Assembly (NCBI GenBank): GCA_964228815.1
Contig: CAXRAL010000009.1
Location: forward strand, 5,377 to 69,376
Direction: 5' to 3'
DNA length: 64,000 bases
Source of the DNA: Candidatus Poseidoniaceae archaeon
Lineage (GTDB): Archaea > Thermoplasmatota > Poseidoniia > Poseidoniales > Poseidoniaceae
The notes below the pieces were generated by a model. That model had not been told where the DNA came from, made no database searches, and saw only the letters and a list, made by a program, of their open reading frames with translations. Every line of letters starts with the position of its first letter. The first letter of the stretch is position 1. Positions 9,139 through 18,720 of the stretch are shown in pieces. The position numbers and the translations under genes are program-made.

Positions 9139-10026
9139 ATGTGGCAAGGTGTCCTCCAGTCCTTGGCTCCGTTGGTCGGAGGTGGGCTTGCGCTGTACCT
9201 TCATCACCGGCGAACCAACAGCGAGGAAGGGGGGCACTGGACCGATGCCATCGGGGTGGGTGGTGTTCGCATGGCGCTGGCCTTCGCTGTACTCATCTGG
9301 CTTGTTCCAGCAGGTGCACTGTTGGCGGTCCCGGTGTTATTGATGCTGTCTCTCCTCAGTCCGGCCGGTCGTCAGGAATGGTCGGTCCAGCGAACGCCTC
9401 GATTGTTGGCCCTCTGTGTGGCACTCCTTTGTCTGGGAGCCACAGGGTTTCTTCCTGTTTCCCAGCCCGTTTCCCCGGATGATTGGGGTCAACCGCTGTT
9501 TACTGAAAATCCACATGCGCCGGTCTATCCTGCCGGCCAGCAATACACGTGGGTCACCTCGGATGTTGTGGTGCTGCAGTCCCTGAGCATGCGCCTTCCG
9601 CATCAACCGGGGGTCATGGGTGCCGAAACGGTGGCGCTCACCTTGGCGTCGCTCATGAACATGGAAACCGGTCGTTTGCACCAAGCGATTGAGCTCATCG
9701 ATGAGGAGGTTCCCTTCGTTCGCCTCAACCCCGAAGAGATCACCCTGCAACCCGTTCTGGCACCGTCCACCTGGGACATAATCATCGGTAGCTGGGACTC
9801 TGGCGACGTTGAGACCGTGGTGCACAGAGCCTACGACATCAATACCACGGCGTTTGGCTCAGACCCACAAGGAACGAAGGTCGGTGAGGTCTCGATGGTG
9901 GCCAAAGCCTCGTGGGGTGGCCAGTTGGACATCCTGGTCATCGTTCGCCCGCTTCAACCACCCAACGTGGACTACGACGGCCTCGGTGAATCCTGGATTC
10001 GAGATTGGCTCATCGCTCGTGGATGA
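9139..10026 (+). CDS. Membrane protein, hypothetical
   Basis: ATG at 9139 (MWQGVLQSLAPLVGGGLALYL...) lies inside ORF 8989..10026. The upstream part of that ORF overlaps the ABC ATPase gene on the opposite strand. Four hydrophobic helices are followed by a soluble domain. Confidence 0.5.
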   Translation: MWQGVLQSLAPLVGGGLALYLHHRRTNSEEGGHWTDAIGVGGVRMALAFAVLIWLVPAGALLAVPVLLMLSLLSPAGRQEWSVQRTPRLLALCVALLCLGATGFLPVSQPVSPDDWGQPLFTENPHAPVYPAGQQYTWVTSDVVVLQSLSMRLPHQPGVMGAETVALTLASLMNMETGRLHQAIELIDEEVPFVRLNPEEITLQPVLAPSTWDIIIGSWDSGDVETVVHRAYDINTTAFGSDPQGTKVGEVSMVAKASWGGQLDILVIVRPLQPPNVDYDGLGESWIRDWLIARG

Positions 10027-10049
10027 TGGCTGTCATCCCAAATCTTGTG

Positions 10050-10655
10050 TCAAGGGTTTTTTGGGAAATCCCATACGGGTGGCTGTTCCTCTTCGGTCTG
10101 TACTGGTTGTATTTGCCCGAAATGATTCGTCTGCAAGGGCTGTTGCACATACACGACATTGGTCGGTTTACTTTGAGCGCTCATTACGATACCAACGATT
10201 AATCCGATCACAGACAAACAGCACAATCCACCTCCCACAGTGAAAGCACCGCCTCCTTCCGAAACGTAGACCCAATCGTCAATCACCAGGATCTCATGGT
10301 TTGAAGAAACATCCAATGCCCCGTCTTCATCTGACCACAAAACACCGATGGCCCGCCAGCCATCTTCGTCAAACAGGGAATCACATTCCTCATTGAAGTA
10401 CTCATATTCTTCGTTAGAAATTGAAACCGTCGTTTCTGCACAGGTGTATTCATCATTGACAAAAACGGTGTATGTCCCATCTTTGGTCACCTGAAGGGTC
10501 CCGCTGGTACCTCGAAACAAAGCCTCCTCCTCTACATCTATTTCAGAAACATCAACCAGTCCGATTCCAATGAACAAAATGGAAAGCAAAAGCATGGCGA
10601 CTGAACTGATCAGGACGATGATTGGGGTTTTTGACATGGTGGACGGTGGCGACAC
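10050..10655 (-). CDS. Bitopic membrane protein, hypothetical
   Basis: 201-aa ORF. The N-terminal TM is IIVLISSVAMLLLSILFIGIGL. An acidic beta-rich middle region follows. The second TM is GGGLCCLSVIGLIVGIVM, followed by a Q/P-rich tail. The DNA is visibly AT-richer than its neighbours. Confidence 0.5.
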   Translation of the reverse strand: MSPPSTMSKTPIIVLISSVAMLLLSILFIGIGLVDVSEIDVEEEALFRGTSGTLQVTKDGTYTVFVNDEYTCAETTVSISNEEYEYFNEECDSLFDEDGWRAIGVLWSDEDGALDVSSNHEILVIDDWVYVSEGGGAFTVGGGLCCLSVIGLIVGIVMSAQSKPTNVVYVQQPLQTNHFGQIQPVQTEEEQPPVWDFPKNP

Positions 10656-10731
10656 AGTTCCATGGCATTTATGGCTTTCTCAGCAGAAACCGAATGAACC
10701 TGGACCTATTTGGTCTGCTCGAACAGTCAAT

Positions 10732-11499
10732 TCAGTAGCGAACTTTCTGGCGAGTCAACGTGCGCCAGATGCGCTGCAGCGGATCGTAGTAGCGGTCCAC
10801 CACGCGTTCTTTGAGCTGAATGATGGCGTCGTCGGTGATCTGAATGCCGGCGGGACAAACTTCGGTGCAACATCGAGTGATGTTGCAGTATTCAACGCCA
10901 AATTCCTTCTTGATTTCGGGCACGCGGTCTTCGGTGTCAAGCGGGTGCATTTCGTACTGCGCCAAGCGAACGAGGTTGCGGGGGCCTGCGAAATCATCGA
11001 ACAGTTCGTGGTCTCGCAGCACGTGGCAGGTGTTGACGCACAGGAAACACTCGATGCATTCACGGAAATGCTGGACACGGTCGGCCTCCATCTGGTTGAA
11101 CTCCCAATCCATCGATTCGGGGCCGTTGATGGGCGCGATGCGCTGGGCGACCTCGTAGTTCCAACTCACGTCGGTCACCAGGTCCTTGACGTGCGGGAAG
11201 GTCTTCATCGGTCGAATTTCAATCGGCTGACCAGCAGGGGTTTCGGCGACCACGTCGCTCATGCGGGTCATGCACATCAAACGAGGACGACCGTTGATCT
11301 CGGCCGAGCACGAGCCGCACTTGCCGGCTTTGCAATTCCATCGAACCGCCATATCGGGTTCCTGGTCGTGCTGGATGCGGTGCAGGCAGTCGAGAACCAC
11401 CATGCCCTCGTCAAGTTCAAGTTCATAGGCCTGAAGTTTGGCGTCGTCGCCTTCGCCTCGTAAAATGTTGAACGATTGTTTGGTGCCTTTGAGGGACAT
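10732..11499 (-). CDS. sdhB: Succinate dehydrogenase/fumarate reductase iron-sulfur subunit
   Basis: The 2Fe-2S motif CKAGKCGSCSAEINGRPRLMC and the cluster motifs CIECFLCVNTC and CTEVCPAGI are present. The start overlaps the sdhA stop by 1 nt. Confidence 0.93.
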   Translation of the reverse strand: MSLKGTKQSFNILRGEGDDAKLQAYELELDEGMVVLDCLHRIQHDQEPDMAVRWNCKAGKCGSCSAEINGRPRLMCMTRMSDVVAETPAGQPIEIRPMKTFPHVKDLVTDVSWNYEVAQRIAPINGPESMDWEFNQMEADRVQHFRECIECFLCVNTCHVLRDHELFDDFAGPRNLVRLAQYEMHPLDTEDRVPEIKKEFGVEYCNITRCCTEVCPAGIQITDDAIIQLKERVVDRYYDPLQRIWRTLTRQKVRY

Positions 11500-13355
11500 C
11501 AGTTTCCACCTCCTGCTTCTGCTGCGCGCTCAGCGATCATCGCCTTCACCTCGGTGAGGGCGTCCTTGAGGTCGTCGCGTATCTCCTCAACGGGTTCCTG
11601 TCGAATCTTCATCTCGCCGTCTTCCATCCAAATGATGTTCAGGGTCTTGCCCCAGTAGTCGTCTTCCGGTGTCGGGAAGTCGTCTCGGGTGTGGCCGCCT
11701 CGGCTTTCCTCACGGGTGATGGCAGCGAGCGTGGCGGCGTGGGAGACATCGGCCATGTTGATGAGGTCAAGGGCTTGGTGCCATCCGGAGTTGTACTTTC
11801 GCGAGGTGCCTGAGGAACACGCCAGGGCGCGAGCCTTGAACGCCTTGATGTCCTCGAGAGCTTCCTCGAGTTCGCTCTTGGTTCGGATGATGCCGACCTT
11901 GGCCTGCATCATGTCGCGCATCTCATCGTAGATGGCACCGGGGTTTTCCCCGCCGTCCCGCTGGAGCGGCGCTAACATGTCGTCGATGGCTTGGCCGACT
12001 TGGGCCTCATCGATGGAAGGCTGTGCCAGGTCCTTGGCCCGCTTGGCTGCAAATTCACCTGCTCGCTTGCCGAACACGATGAGGTCGGAGAGCGAGTTGC
12101 CTCCGAGGCGGTTGGCGCCGTGGAGGCCCGAGGCCACCTCGCCGCAAGCGAAGAGGCCGGGGACGGTCGTTTCCTGTGATTCTGCATCCACGATGACGCC
12201 ACCCATCACGTAGTGAGCGGTTGGGCCCACTTCCATGGGTTCCTTGCTGATGTCGACGCCAGCGAGTTCCTTGAACTGATGGTGCATCGAAGGTAGCTTC
12301 TTCATGATGGCTTCCTCACCGCGGTGAGAAATATCGAGGAATGCACCGCCGTGAGGGGAACCTCGGCCAGCTTTGACCTCCTCGTTGATGGCCTTCGCCA
12401 CGACGTCTCGGGTCAGCAATTCAGGTGGCCGGCGAACCGTCGCCAGCTTGCCGCTGACGACTTCTTCGACCCACTGGTCAGATTCTTCGATGGTGTCGGC
12501 ATGGTCGCCGGCGAACATCTCTGGAACGTAGTCAAACATGAAGCGGCTGCCTTCGCTGTTGGTGAGGCGTCCACCCTCACCACGAACACCTTCGGTTACG
12601 AGGATGCCGCGAACAGAGGGCGGCCACACCATGCCGGTGGGGTGGAACTGGACGAACTCCATGTCACGAAGTTCAGCCCCGGCCCACAGTGCAAGAGCGT
12701 GCCCGTCCCCGGTGTATTCCCACGAGCCCGAGCACACGGACCAACAGCGGGTGATACCGCCCGTGGCAAGGACCACGGATTTGGCGGAGAAGGCGTGGAA
12801 TTCACCGTCAACACGGGTGTAGGCCACGCAGCCGGTAACACGGTCGCCTTCCTTGAGCAGGGTGCGAACGGTGTATTCCATGAAGATGTCAATGCCTTCG
12901 TGGATGCCGCGCTCCTGGAGTGTACGGATGATCTCGAGGCCTGTAGCGTCGCCAACGTGGGCGAGGCGGGGGAAGGTGTGGCCACCGAAGTTTCGCTGGT
13001 TGATGAGGTTCTTTGGCGTGCGGTCAAACACGGCGCCCCACTGTTCGAGTTCACGAACTCGGTCGGGGGCTTCCTTGGCGTGGAATTCGGCCATTCGCCA
13101 GTTAGCGAGCCACTTGCTGCCCTTCATCGTGTCGTGGAAGTGCACTTTCCAACCATCTCGAGGGTCGGCGTTTTGCAGCGCTGCTGCACAGCCACCCTCG
13201 GCCATGACGGTGTGCGCCTTGCCCAGCAGAGACTTGGTGATGATGGCGGTCTTGGCGCCGCTGCGGGCTGCCTCAATGGCGGCACGGAGACCGGCTCCGC
13301 CAGCACCGATGACAATGACGTCATATTCGTGTTCGGTAATCTTCTCGCTCATCAT
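11499..13355 (-). CDS. sdhA: Succinate dehydrogenase/fumarate reductase flavoprotein subunit
   Basis: The FAD-binding N-terminus is YDVIVIGAGGAGLRAAIEA. Other matches are HTVMAEGG and HPTG, and the C-terminal RGGHTRDDFP catalytic region. Confidence 0.95.
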   Translation of the reverse strand: MMSEKITEHEYDVIVIGAGGAGLRAAIEAARSGAKTAIITKSLLGKAHTVMAEGGCAAALQNADPRDGWKVHFHDTMKGSKWLANWRMAEFHAKEAPDRVRELEQWGAVFDRTPKNLINQRNFGGHTFPRLAHVGDATGLEIIRTLQERGIHEGIDIFMEYTVRTLLKEGDRVTGCVAYTRVDGEFHAFSAKSVVLATGGITRCWSVCSGSWEYTGDGHALALWAGAELRDMEFVQFHPTGMVWPPSVRGILVTEGVRGEGGRLTNSEGSRFMFDYVPEMFAGDHADTIEESDQWVEEVVSGKLATVRRPPELLTRDVVAKAINEEVKAGRGSPHGGAFLDISHRGEEAIMKKLPSMHHQFKELAGVDISKEPMEVGPTAHYVMGGVIVDAESQETTVPGLFACGEVASGLHGANRLGGNSLSDLIVFGKRAGEFAAKRAKDLAQPSIDEAQVGQAIDDMLAPLQRDGGENPGAIYDEMRDMMQAKVGIIRTKSELEEALEDIKAFKARALACSSGTSRKYNSGWHQALDLINMADVSHAATLAAITREESRGGHTRDDFPTPEDDYWGKTLNIIWMEDGEMKIRQEPVEEIRDDLKDALTEVKAMIAERAAEAGGGN

Positions 13356-13361
13356 CTCACC

Positions 13362-14180
13362 TCACACAACAAAGAGCACCATGTCGCTCAAACGTCCTTC
13401 TGCTACCGCCAAAACCCACAGGTCTCCGAGGAACACGAAGGTCAGGGACGTCCAGAACCAGAACCCGTGGGAACGGTTCAGCACGCTGATTTTTCCAAAC
13501 AGAACGCCACGGATTCGGCTGATGCCGGTGGTCCATCGGTCGAGCATGCCGCCGGCCAGGTGGCGCAGGGCGTGGCAGGAGGTGACGTACATCGTGAGCA
13601 GGAAGGCCTCAATGGCCATGACAAATGTGCCAATCGACACGCCGTAGCCGTCGTGGGTGGCAGAGTGGAAGTGCATGGTGTGGGTAACGTCCCACCACTT
13701 GATGACCAGGATGATCATAGCTGCATAGAGGAAGTAGCGGTGAAGGTTGTTGAAGATGAACAGTCGCTTCTCGCCTTGGTAGCCGATGGCCTTGTTGATG
13801 TCGGGTTCATCAACCCAGCAAGCCACGGGGCTGGCGAAGAAGGTGCGATAGTAGACGCGGCGCATGTAGTAGCAGGTACCACGGAAGCCGAACGGAATCC
13901 ACAGCACGAGGATAGCGGCGTTGACCCACTCGGGGTGGTTCCACTCGTTGAGCCCGAACAGGCTCCACTCAAGCACGTTGGGCGAGAAGATGGGCGACAT
14001 GACCGTGCTGCCGTGGAGGGCGTAGGAGATGTCGGCGTCATAGAGGAAGAGGCGCCAGAAGGTGTAGACCAGTGCAGCGGTGAGCCCGATGCCCATGGCC
14101 ATCGGTTGGCTCCACCAATTGTCGATACGGTTGGTACGCCCGAGCCCGTTCAGGACCGGGAGTTTAATCCCTTCACCCAT
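13362..14180 (-). CDS. Putative succinate dehydrogenase membrane anchor / cytochrome b-like subunit (single large subunit)
   Basis: 272-aa polytopic protein with several conserved-looking His residues (NLHRYF, THTMHFH, CHALRH). It lies 6 nt upstream of sdhA in the same operon. No second small anchor gene is present. Confidence 0.55.
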   Translation of the reverse strand: MGEGIKLPVLNGLGRTNRIDNWWSQPMAMGIGLTAALVYTFWRLFLYDADISYALHGSTVMSPIFSPNVLEWSLFGLNEWNHPEWVNAAILVLWIPFGFRGTCYYMRRVYYRTFFASPVACWVDEPDINKAIGYQGEKRLFIFNNLHRYFLYAAMIILVIKWWDVTHTMHFHSATHDGYGVSIGTFVMAIEAFLLTMYVTSCHALRHLAGGMLDRWTTGISRIRGVLFGKISVLNRSHGFWFWTSLTFVFLGDLWVLAVAEGRLSDMVLFVV

Positions 14181-14193
14181 TCAAAATCCCCCT

Positions 14194-14208
14194 GTTCCCT
14201 ATGGGAAC
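14194..14208 (-). promoter_or_regulatory. Perfect 6-bp-stem palindrome GTTCCC-TAT-GGGAAC just upstream of the sdhC-like start
   Basis: Read directly from the sequence. On the minus strand it is followed by AGGGGGATTTTGA and then the ATG at 14180. It lies about 70 nt downstream of the aldehyde dehydrogenase stop. Confidence 0.35.
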
Positions 14209-14276
14209 AATCTATCCGAGCAGGGCAGGGTCTTTGAGGTTCACCATTGAGCCGCAGGCCGTTTTTTGAAAGATTC

Positions 14277-15905
14277 TCAGGCCAATTCCGACCAATTGAC
14301 TTCCGCCTCGACCATTTCGATCTCGTCGACGTCCATTTGAGCAAGTTGGAGTTTGCCCGAAAGTTCGTCGTTCACGGCGTGCCAGTAGGAGTAGGCCTCA
14401 ATGACCCAAATCCCCGATTCTCGGGTGCCGTTTCCAGAACCTTTGACGCCACCGAACGGCAGATGGGCTTCGGCGCCCGTGGTGGAGTTGTTGATGCCCG
14501 TCATGCCGGCCTTGATACCGGTCTTGTAGCGGTAGGCTTCGAGGCGGTCGTTGGTGTAAATGGCGGACGACAGGCCGTAAGGGCTGGCGTTGGCGAGGTG
14601 GAGGGCGTGGTCAAAATCCTTCGCCTTGACCACGGTGACGACGGGTCCGAAAATCTCCTCGTGGAAGCATTCCATGTCTTCCGTCACATCAACGAAGACG
14701 TGGGGCCACATGAACACGCCTTCACTGGCATCGCCGAGGAAGTTCTCGGGGGCGTTGTCGGCCGTGATGGTTCCGTTGCCCCAAATCTGCGTCGCACCGC
14801 TGGCCTTGGCCATTTCAATGCCGGCGAGGAAATCCTTGCCGTACTTTTCGGACAGCATGGGGCCGTAAAGCACATCCTTGTGCACCAGCGAGTTGCCGAT
14901 GCGGGTCGACTTGACTTTGTCCATGAATTTCTCCATGAACTCGTCGTAGATGGACTCGTGGACAATGAGGTTGCCCAGACTTGTGCAGCGCTGGCCGGCG
15001 GTACCGAACGCACCCCAGTAGGCCCCTTCGACGGCGTTGTTCAGGTCGGCCGATGGCATCACGACGAGCGGGTTCTTGCCTCCCAATTCGAGCGAGCAAG
15101 AGACAAGGTTGCGGCCGCAGACCTCGCCGATCATCTTGCCCACGCCGGTGGAACCGGTGAAGGAAATTTTGTTGACGAGTCCTTCATCGACGGCGTCGAC
15201 GAGGTACTGGCCGGCACCACTGCCTTTGCCATGAACGAGGTTGATGACACCATCGGGCAAGCCGGCTTCGTGCATGATACGAGCCAGCGCGAACGAGAGC
15301 AAAGGAGCGTCTTGAGGCGACTTCCACACGCAGGTGTTCCCGCACATGATGGCGGGGATCATCTTCCAGAAAGGCACGGCGGATGGGAAGTTGCAGGCGT
15401 TGATGATGCCGCAGACACCGAGTGGACGGCGGTAGGTGAACAGCTCTTTGTCAGGGAGTTCAGAATTGACGGTCTGGCCGTACAGTCGGCGACCTTCGGA
15501 CTGGAAGAAAAGACAGGTGTCGATGGCTTCTTGGATTTCGCCACCTGATTCCTTGAGGGTCTTGCCAATCTCACGGGTTTCAAGCGCCACCAGCGCATCC
15601 TTGTGCTCCATCAAGAGCCGGCCCATGTTCCCGATGATTTGGCCACGGGTGGGCGCCGGCGTAGCGGCCCATGCGGGGAACGCAGCGTGTGCAGCGTGGA
15701 GGGCTTCACGAACGTCGTCTCGGGTGGAGAGCGGGAATTCACCGAGACAGTCGGCCAAATGGGCAGGGTTGGTTGATGTGAACGTTGCGGCGTCGCTGGC
15801 CGAGGTGAGTTGGCCGTTGATGATGTTGTAGCCACGGACGGCAGGTTTGCCCGTGGGGTTATCGATTTCCATGTATTCCAAGCCGGTTTCAAGAACGTGA
15901 ACCAT
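14277..15905 (-). CDS. NAD(P)-dependent aldehyde dehydrogenase
   Basis: The ALDH catalytic motifs ELGGKNP and GTAGQRCTSLGNLIVHE are present, plus FTGSTGVGKMI. ORF 14277..16169 extends upstream, but that part overlaps the cdc48 start. The ATG at 15905 (MVHVLETGLEYMEIDNP...) gives a normal-length protein of about 540 aa. Confidence 0.88.
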   Translation of the reverse strand: MVHVLETGLEYMEIDNPTGKPAVRGYNIINGQLTSASDAATFTSTNPAHLADCLGEFPLSTRDDVREALHAAHAAFPAWAATPAPTRGQIIGNMGRLLMEHKDALVALETREIGKTLKESGGEIQEAIDTCLFFQSEGRRLYGQTVNSELPDKELFTYRRPLGVCGIINACNFPSAVPFWKMIPAIMCGNTCVWKSPQDAPLLSFALARIMHEAGLPDGVINLVHGKGSGAGQYLVDAVDEGLVNKISFTGSTGVGKMIGEVCGRNLVSCSLELGGKNPLVVMPSADLNNAVEGAYWGAFGTAGQRCTSLGNLIVHESIYDEFMEKFMDKVKSTRIGNSLVHKDVLYGPMLSEKYGKDFLAGIEMAKASGATQIWGNGTITADNAPENFLGDASEGVFMWPHVFVDVTEDMECFHEEIFGPVVTVVKAKDFDHALHLANASPYGLSSAIYTNDRLEAYRYKTGIKAGMTGINNSTTGAEAHLPFGGVKGSGNGTRESGIWVIEAYSYWHAVNDELSGKLQLAQMDVDEIEMVEAEVNWSELA

Positions 15906-16053
15906 GCTTTGTGCCAATTTGACCCGTCTCTTGAATGTGATGGCGTGGTTCTCAGGTATCGGTGTCCGAGGTTCAAAGACCCACGGGCTTGGGTTTATAG
16001 TGGCCCTTCGGGACAAAATCACACCAAGCGGCGAAAAGCCCACTTGAATTTCA

Positions 16054-16060
16054 TTATATA
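16054..16060 (+). promoter_or_regulatory. TATA-like box (TTATATA) upstream of cdc48
   Basis: AT-rich heptamer about 35 nt upstream of the ATG at 16094, in an otherwise GC-rich divergent intergenic region. A purine-rich stretch GCGAAAAG lies upstream (BRE-like). Confidence 0.4.
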
Positions 16061-16093
16061 CCGTGAAATGTTGATTCGGGAAGAGGGAGTAGT

Positions 16094-18322
16094 ATGGCAG
16101 ACAAGAACGACACCATTGAATTGCGCGTATCCAAGGCCATCCCCTCCGACGTCGGATTCGGAAGGGCACGCATCTCCTCTGAAATGGGACTTGACCTCAA
16201 ACCTGGCGATTTCGTAGAAATCAGCGGCGAAGAGCGCTCCACGGCCGCCATTTACTGGCGCAGCCGGCCCGAAGATGCCAAGATGGACATCATACGCATG
16301 GACGGTATCATTCGCAAGAACGCCGGCGTCAGCCTCGGCGACCGTGTCACGGTCCGCAAGGTGGAAGCCAAGACCTGTACGAAACTCACCATCTCGCCCG
16401 TCATGGCGAACAAGCAGAAGGTCAAATTTGGACCCGGCATCGAAGGGTTCGCCAAGCGAGGCCTTGCCAAGCGTCCGGTCGTGGCCGGCGACCGCATCTT
16501 CATCCCCGGCATGACCCTCTTCGCTGAGGCCTTGCCCTTTGCTGTGGTCCAAACCGCCCCCAAGGGCATCGTTGTGGTGACCACCGATACCGAGATCGTC
16601 ATCAAAGACGAAGCCGTTGCCGAGGAAGACGTTGGGCAATCCGAGGGCATCACCTACGAAGATGTCGGCGGTATCGGTCAGCAACTTCAGAAAGTGCGTG
16701 AGATGATCGAGCTGCCGCTCAAGCACCCTGAATTGTTCCGACGCCTCGGCATTGACCCGCCCAAAGGTGTCCTCCTTCACGGGCCCCCCGGTACGGGGAA
16801 GACCATGATCGCCAAGGCAGTGGCTACCGAAGTCAACGCCCACTTCAAGAGCATCAACGGGCCAGAAATCATCTCGAAGTACTACGGTGAGTCCGAGAAA
16901 CAACTTCGTGAGATTTTCGACGAGGCGGCCGACAACGCTCCTGCCATCGTGTTCATTGACGAAATTGATTCCATCTGCCCCAAGCGCGAGGATGTCACGG
17001 GTGAGGTAGAACGGCGCGTGGTCGCTCAGATGTTGACCCTCATGGACGGCATGCAGGGCCGTGACAACGTGGTGGTCATCGGCGCCACCAACCGACGCGA
17101 TGCGCTCGACCCCGCCCTGCGACGCCCAGGCCGCTTTGACCGTGAAATCGAGATTGGCGTGCCCGACCGAGAGGGCCGAAGTGAAATCATGGACGTTCAC
17201 ACCCGCCAGATGCCCATCGCCGACGACTTCGACATAGGCTGGGTCCTTGACAACACCTACGGTTTTGTCGGTGCTGACCTTGCCGCCCTTGTCCGAGAGG
17301 CCGCCATGCGTGCCTTGCGAAGGTACCTGCCCGAAATCGACCTCGACGAGGAGACGCTCCCGCCCGAGGTGCTCGAGAAGATGGAGGTCTGCATGGACGA
17401 CTTCAAAGAAGCCATCCGGGACATTGAGCCGTCGGCCCTGCGTGAGATCTACGTCGAAGTTCCCGAAGTCGGTTGGGACGCCGTCGGTGGCCTGTTGGAG
17501 GTCAAGGACCGTCTGAAGGAATCAGTGGAATGGCCGTTGACCAAGCCTGAATTGTTCGAGCACTTTGGCATCAAGCCCCCTCGAGGCATCGTTCTGTTCG
17601 GGGCGCCGGGTACTGGGAAAACCCTGCTGGCCAAGGCCATCGCCAACGAAGCTCAAGCGAACTTCATCAGCATCAAGGGGCCAGAACTCATCTCCAAGTG
17701 GGTGGGCGAATCAGAACGTGCCATTCGAGAGATTTTCAAGAAGGCCAAGCAGTCCGCGCCGTCCATCATCTTCCTCGATGAATTCGAGTCCATTGCTTCG
17801 ATGCGGAGCGGTGGCAGCGCATCAGAAGGCAGCGATGTCGGCAACCGCGTGGTCAACCAACTGCTGGCCAGCATGGACGGTGTCGAGTCCCTGGACGGCG
17901 TCATCATTGTGGCCGCGACCAACAGGCCGGAGATGATCGACCCCGCCTTGTTGCGCAGCGGTCGCTTCGAGCGCGTGCTTCACGTACCACCGCCCGACGC
18001 TGGAGCGCGTGAATCCATCTTCCGCATCCACAGCGAAGGCATGCCATTGTCCAAGTTCTCGTTTAGGGACATCCTGACGGGCATGGACGGCTTCACCGGT
18101 GCAGACATCGAAGCGGTGTGCCGCGAAGCAGCGCTGATTTGCATGCGTGCCGGCAAGAAGAAGGTCACCAAGGGCCACTTTGAAGAAGCGATTTCTCGTG
18201 TCCGACCGACCGTGACCCCAGACATGCTCGAGTACTACCAGAAGATGGAGACTCGTCTGACTTCGGGCTTGACCAACATCAAGCGAAACCGAGACTTCAG
18301 TCGTGGCATCGAAACGATGTGA
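16094..18322 (+). CDS. cdc48: Cdc48/VCP-like AAA+ ATPase (double AAA domain)
   Basis: The N-domain begins IELRVSKA...[21 protein letters not shown]. Two Walker A motifs ([30 protein letters not shown]) and two Walker B motifs ([18 protein letters not shown]) are present, with SRH regions. Confidence 0.95.
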   Translation: MADKNDTIELRVSKAIPSDVGFGRARISSEMGLDLKPGDFVEISGEERSTAAIYWRSRPEDAKMDIIRMDGIIRKNAGVSLGDRVTVRKVEAKTCTKLTISPVMANKQKVKFGPGIEGFAKRGLAKRPVVAGDRIFIPGMTLFAEALPFAVVQTAPKGIVVVTTDTEIVIKDEAVAEEDVGQSEGITYEDVGGIGQQLQKVREMIELPLKHPELFRRLGIDPPKGVLLHGPPGTGKTMIAKAVATEVNAHFKSINGPEIISKYYGESEKQLREIFDEAADNAPAIVFIDEIDSICPKREDVTGEVERRVVAQMLTLMDGMQGRDNVVVIGATNRRDALDPALRRPGRFDREIEIGVPDREGRSEIMDVHTRQMPIADDFDIGWVLDNTYGFVGADLAALVREAAMRALRRYLPEIDLDEETLPPEVLEKMEVCMDDFKEAIRDIEPSALREIYVEVPEVGWDAVGGLLEVKDRLKESVEWPLTKPELFEHFGIKPPRGIVLFGAPGTGKTLLAKAIANEAQANFISIKGPELISKWVGESERAIREIFKKAKQSAPSIIFLDEFESIASMRSGGSASEGSDVGNRVVNQLLASMDGVESLDGVIIVAATNRPEMIDPALLRSGRFERVLHVPPPDAGARESIFRIHSEGMPLSKFSFRDILTGMDGFTGADIEAVCREAALICMRAGKKKVTKGHFEEAISRVRPTVTPDMLEYYQKMETRLTSGLTNIKRNRDFSRGIETM

Positions 18323-18386
18323 GGGTCGAACACCGACGCATTGATGGGATTCCAGTCCAGACGAATGGCACAGGAGGTCGACACGT

Positions 18387-18626
18387 ATGGCGATTTTCGG
18401 CCGTGAAATCATCGGAAACAACGTGGTGGACCGTACCGGGGCCGTGTTGGGGTCACTTGTGGACCTCAGTTTCGATTTGAACACGGGCGTTATCAGTGAA
18501 CTCCTCGTCCAAGTCGAAGCAACCGTGGATGCCGCTGCGTTGCCGTTTGAGAACACCGGTGCAACCGTTCACATCCCGGGGACGGCCGTGGCTCGGATTG
18601 CTGAAAACATTCACCTCAATGTATGA
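18387..18626 (+). CDS. PRC-barrel domain protein
   Basis: 79 aa. IIGNNVVDRTGAVLGSLVDLSFDLNTGVISELLV ... VHIPGTAVARIAENIHL matches the small archaeal PRC-barrel pattern. AGGAGGT lies about 8 nt upstream of the ATG. Confidence 0.75.
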   Translation: MAIFGREIIGNNVVDRTGAVLGSLVDLSFDLNTGVISELLVQVEATVDAAALPFENTGATVHIPGTAVARIAENIHLNV

Positions 18627-18720
18627 GGCGAAACGAAGTACGCGTGAGCATTTTCTCCACCCGTGTGGACAACCTTCTAAAGTCAGTAGGGGGCGTGTTT
18701 AGGTTGGGAATCCTTCCCTC

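Noticed and set aside
12324-14237. 637-aa plus-strand ORF opposite sdhA/sdhC. Similar very long antisense ORFs occur at 47119..49470 (783 aa), 16019..17200, 36367..37542, 55790..56806, 61268..62164, 4056..4973 and 14247..15548.
   Set aside because: All lie antisense to genes with unmistakable conserved motifs. Their translations are Arg/Gly/Ala/Val/His-rich with no recognisable domains. Stop-poor shadow frames like these are expected in GC-rich coding DNA.
15906-16169. N-terminal extension of the aldehyde dehydrogenase ORF (630-aa version).
   Set aside because: The extension overlaps the cdc48 start and promoter region. It is Arg/Pro/Trp-rich and adds about 88 residues not seen in ALDH enzymes. 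The ATG at 15905 gives a normal-length protein.
16094-18322. Cdc48 as the missing AAA+ partner of the downstream DUF58/DUF4350 operon.
   Set aside because: Cdc48 is a universal archaeal housekeeping unfoldase of a different AAA+ clade than MoxR. It is separated from the operon by the PRC-barrel gene and two intergenic spacers. The adjacency is most simply coincidental.
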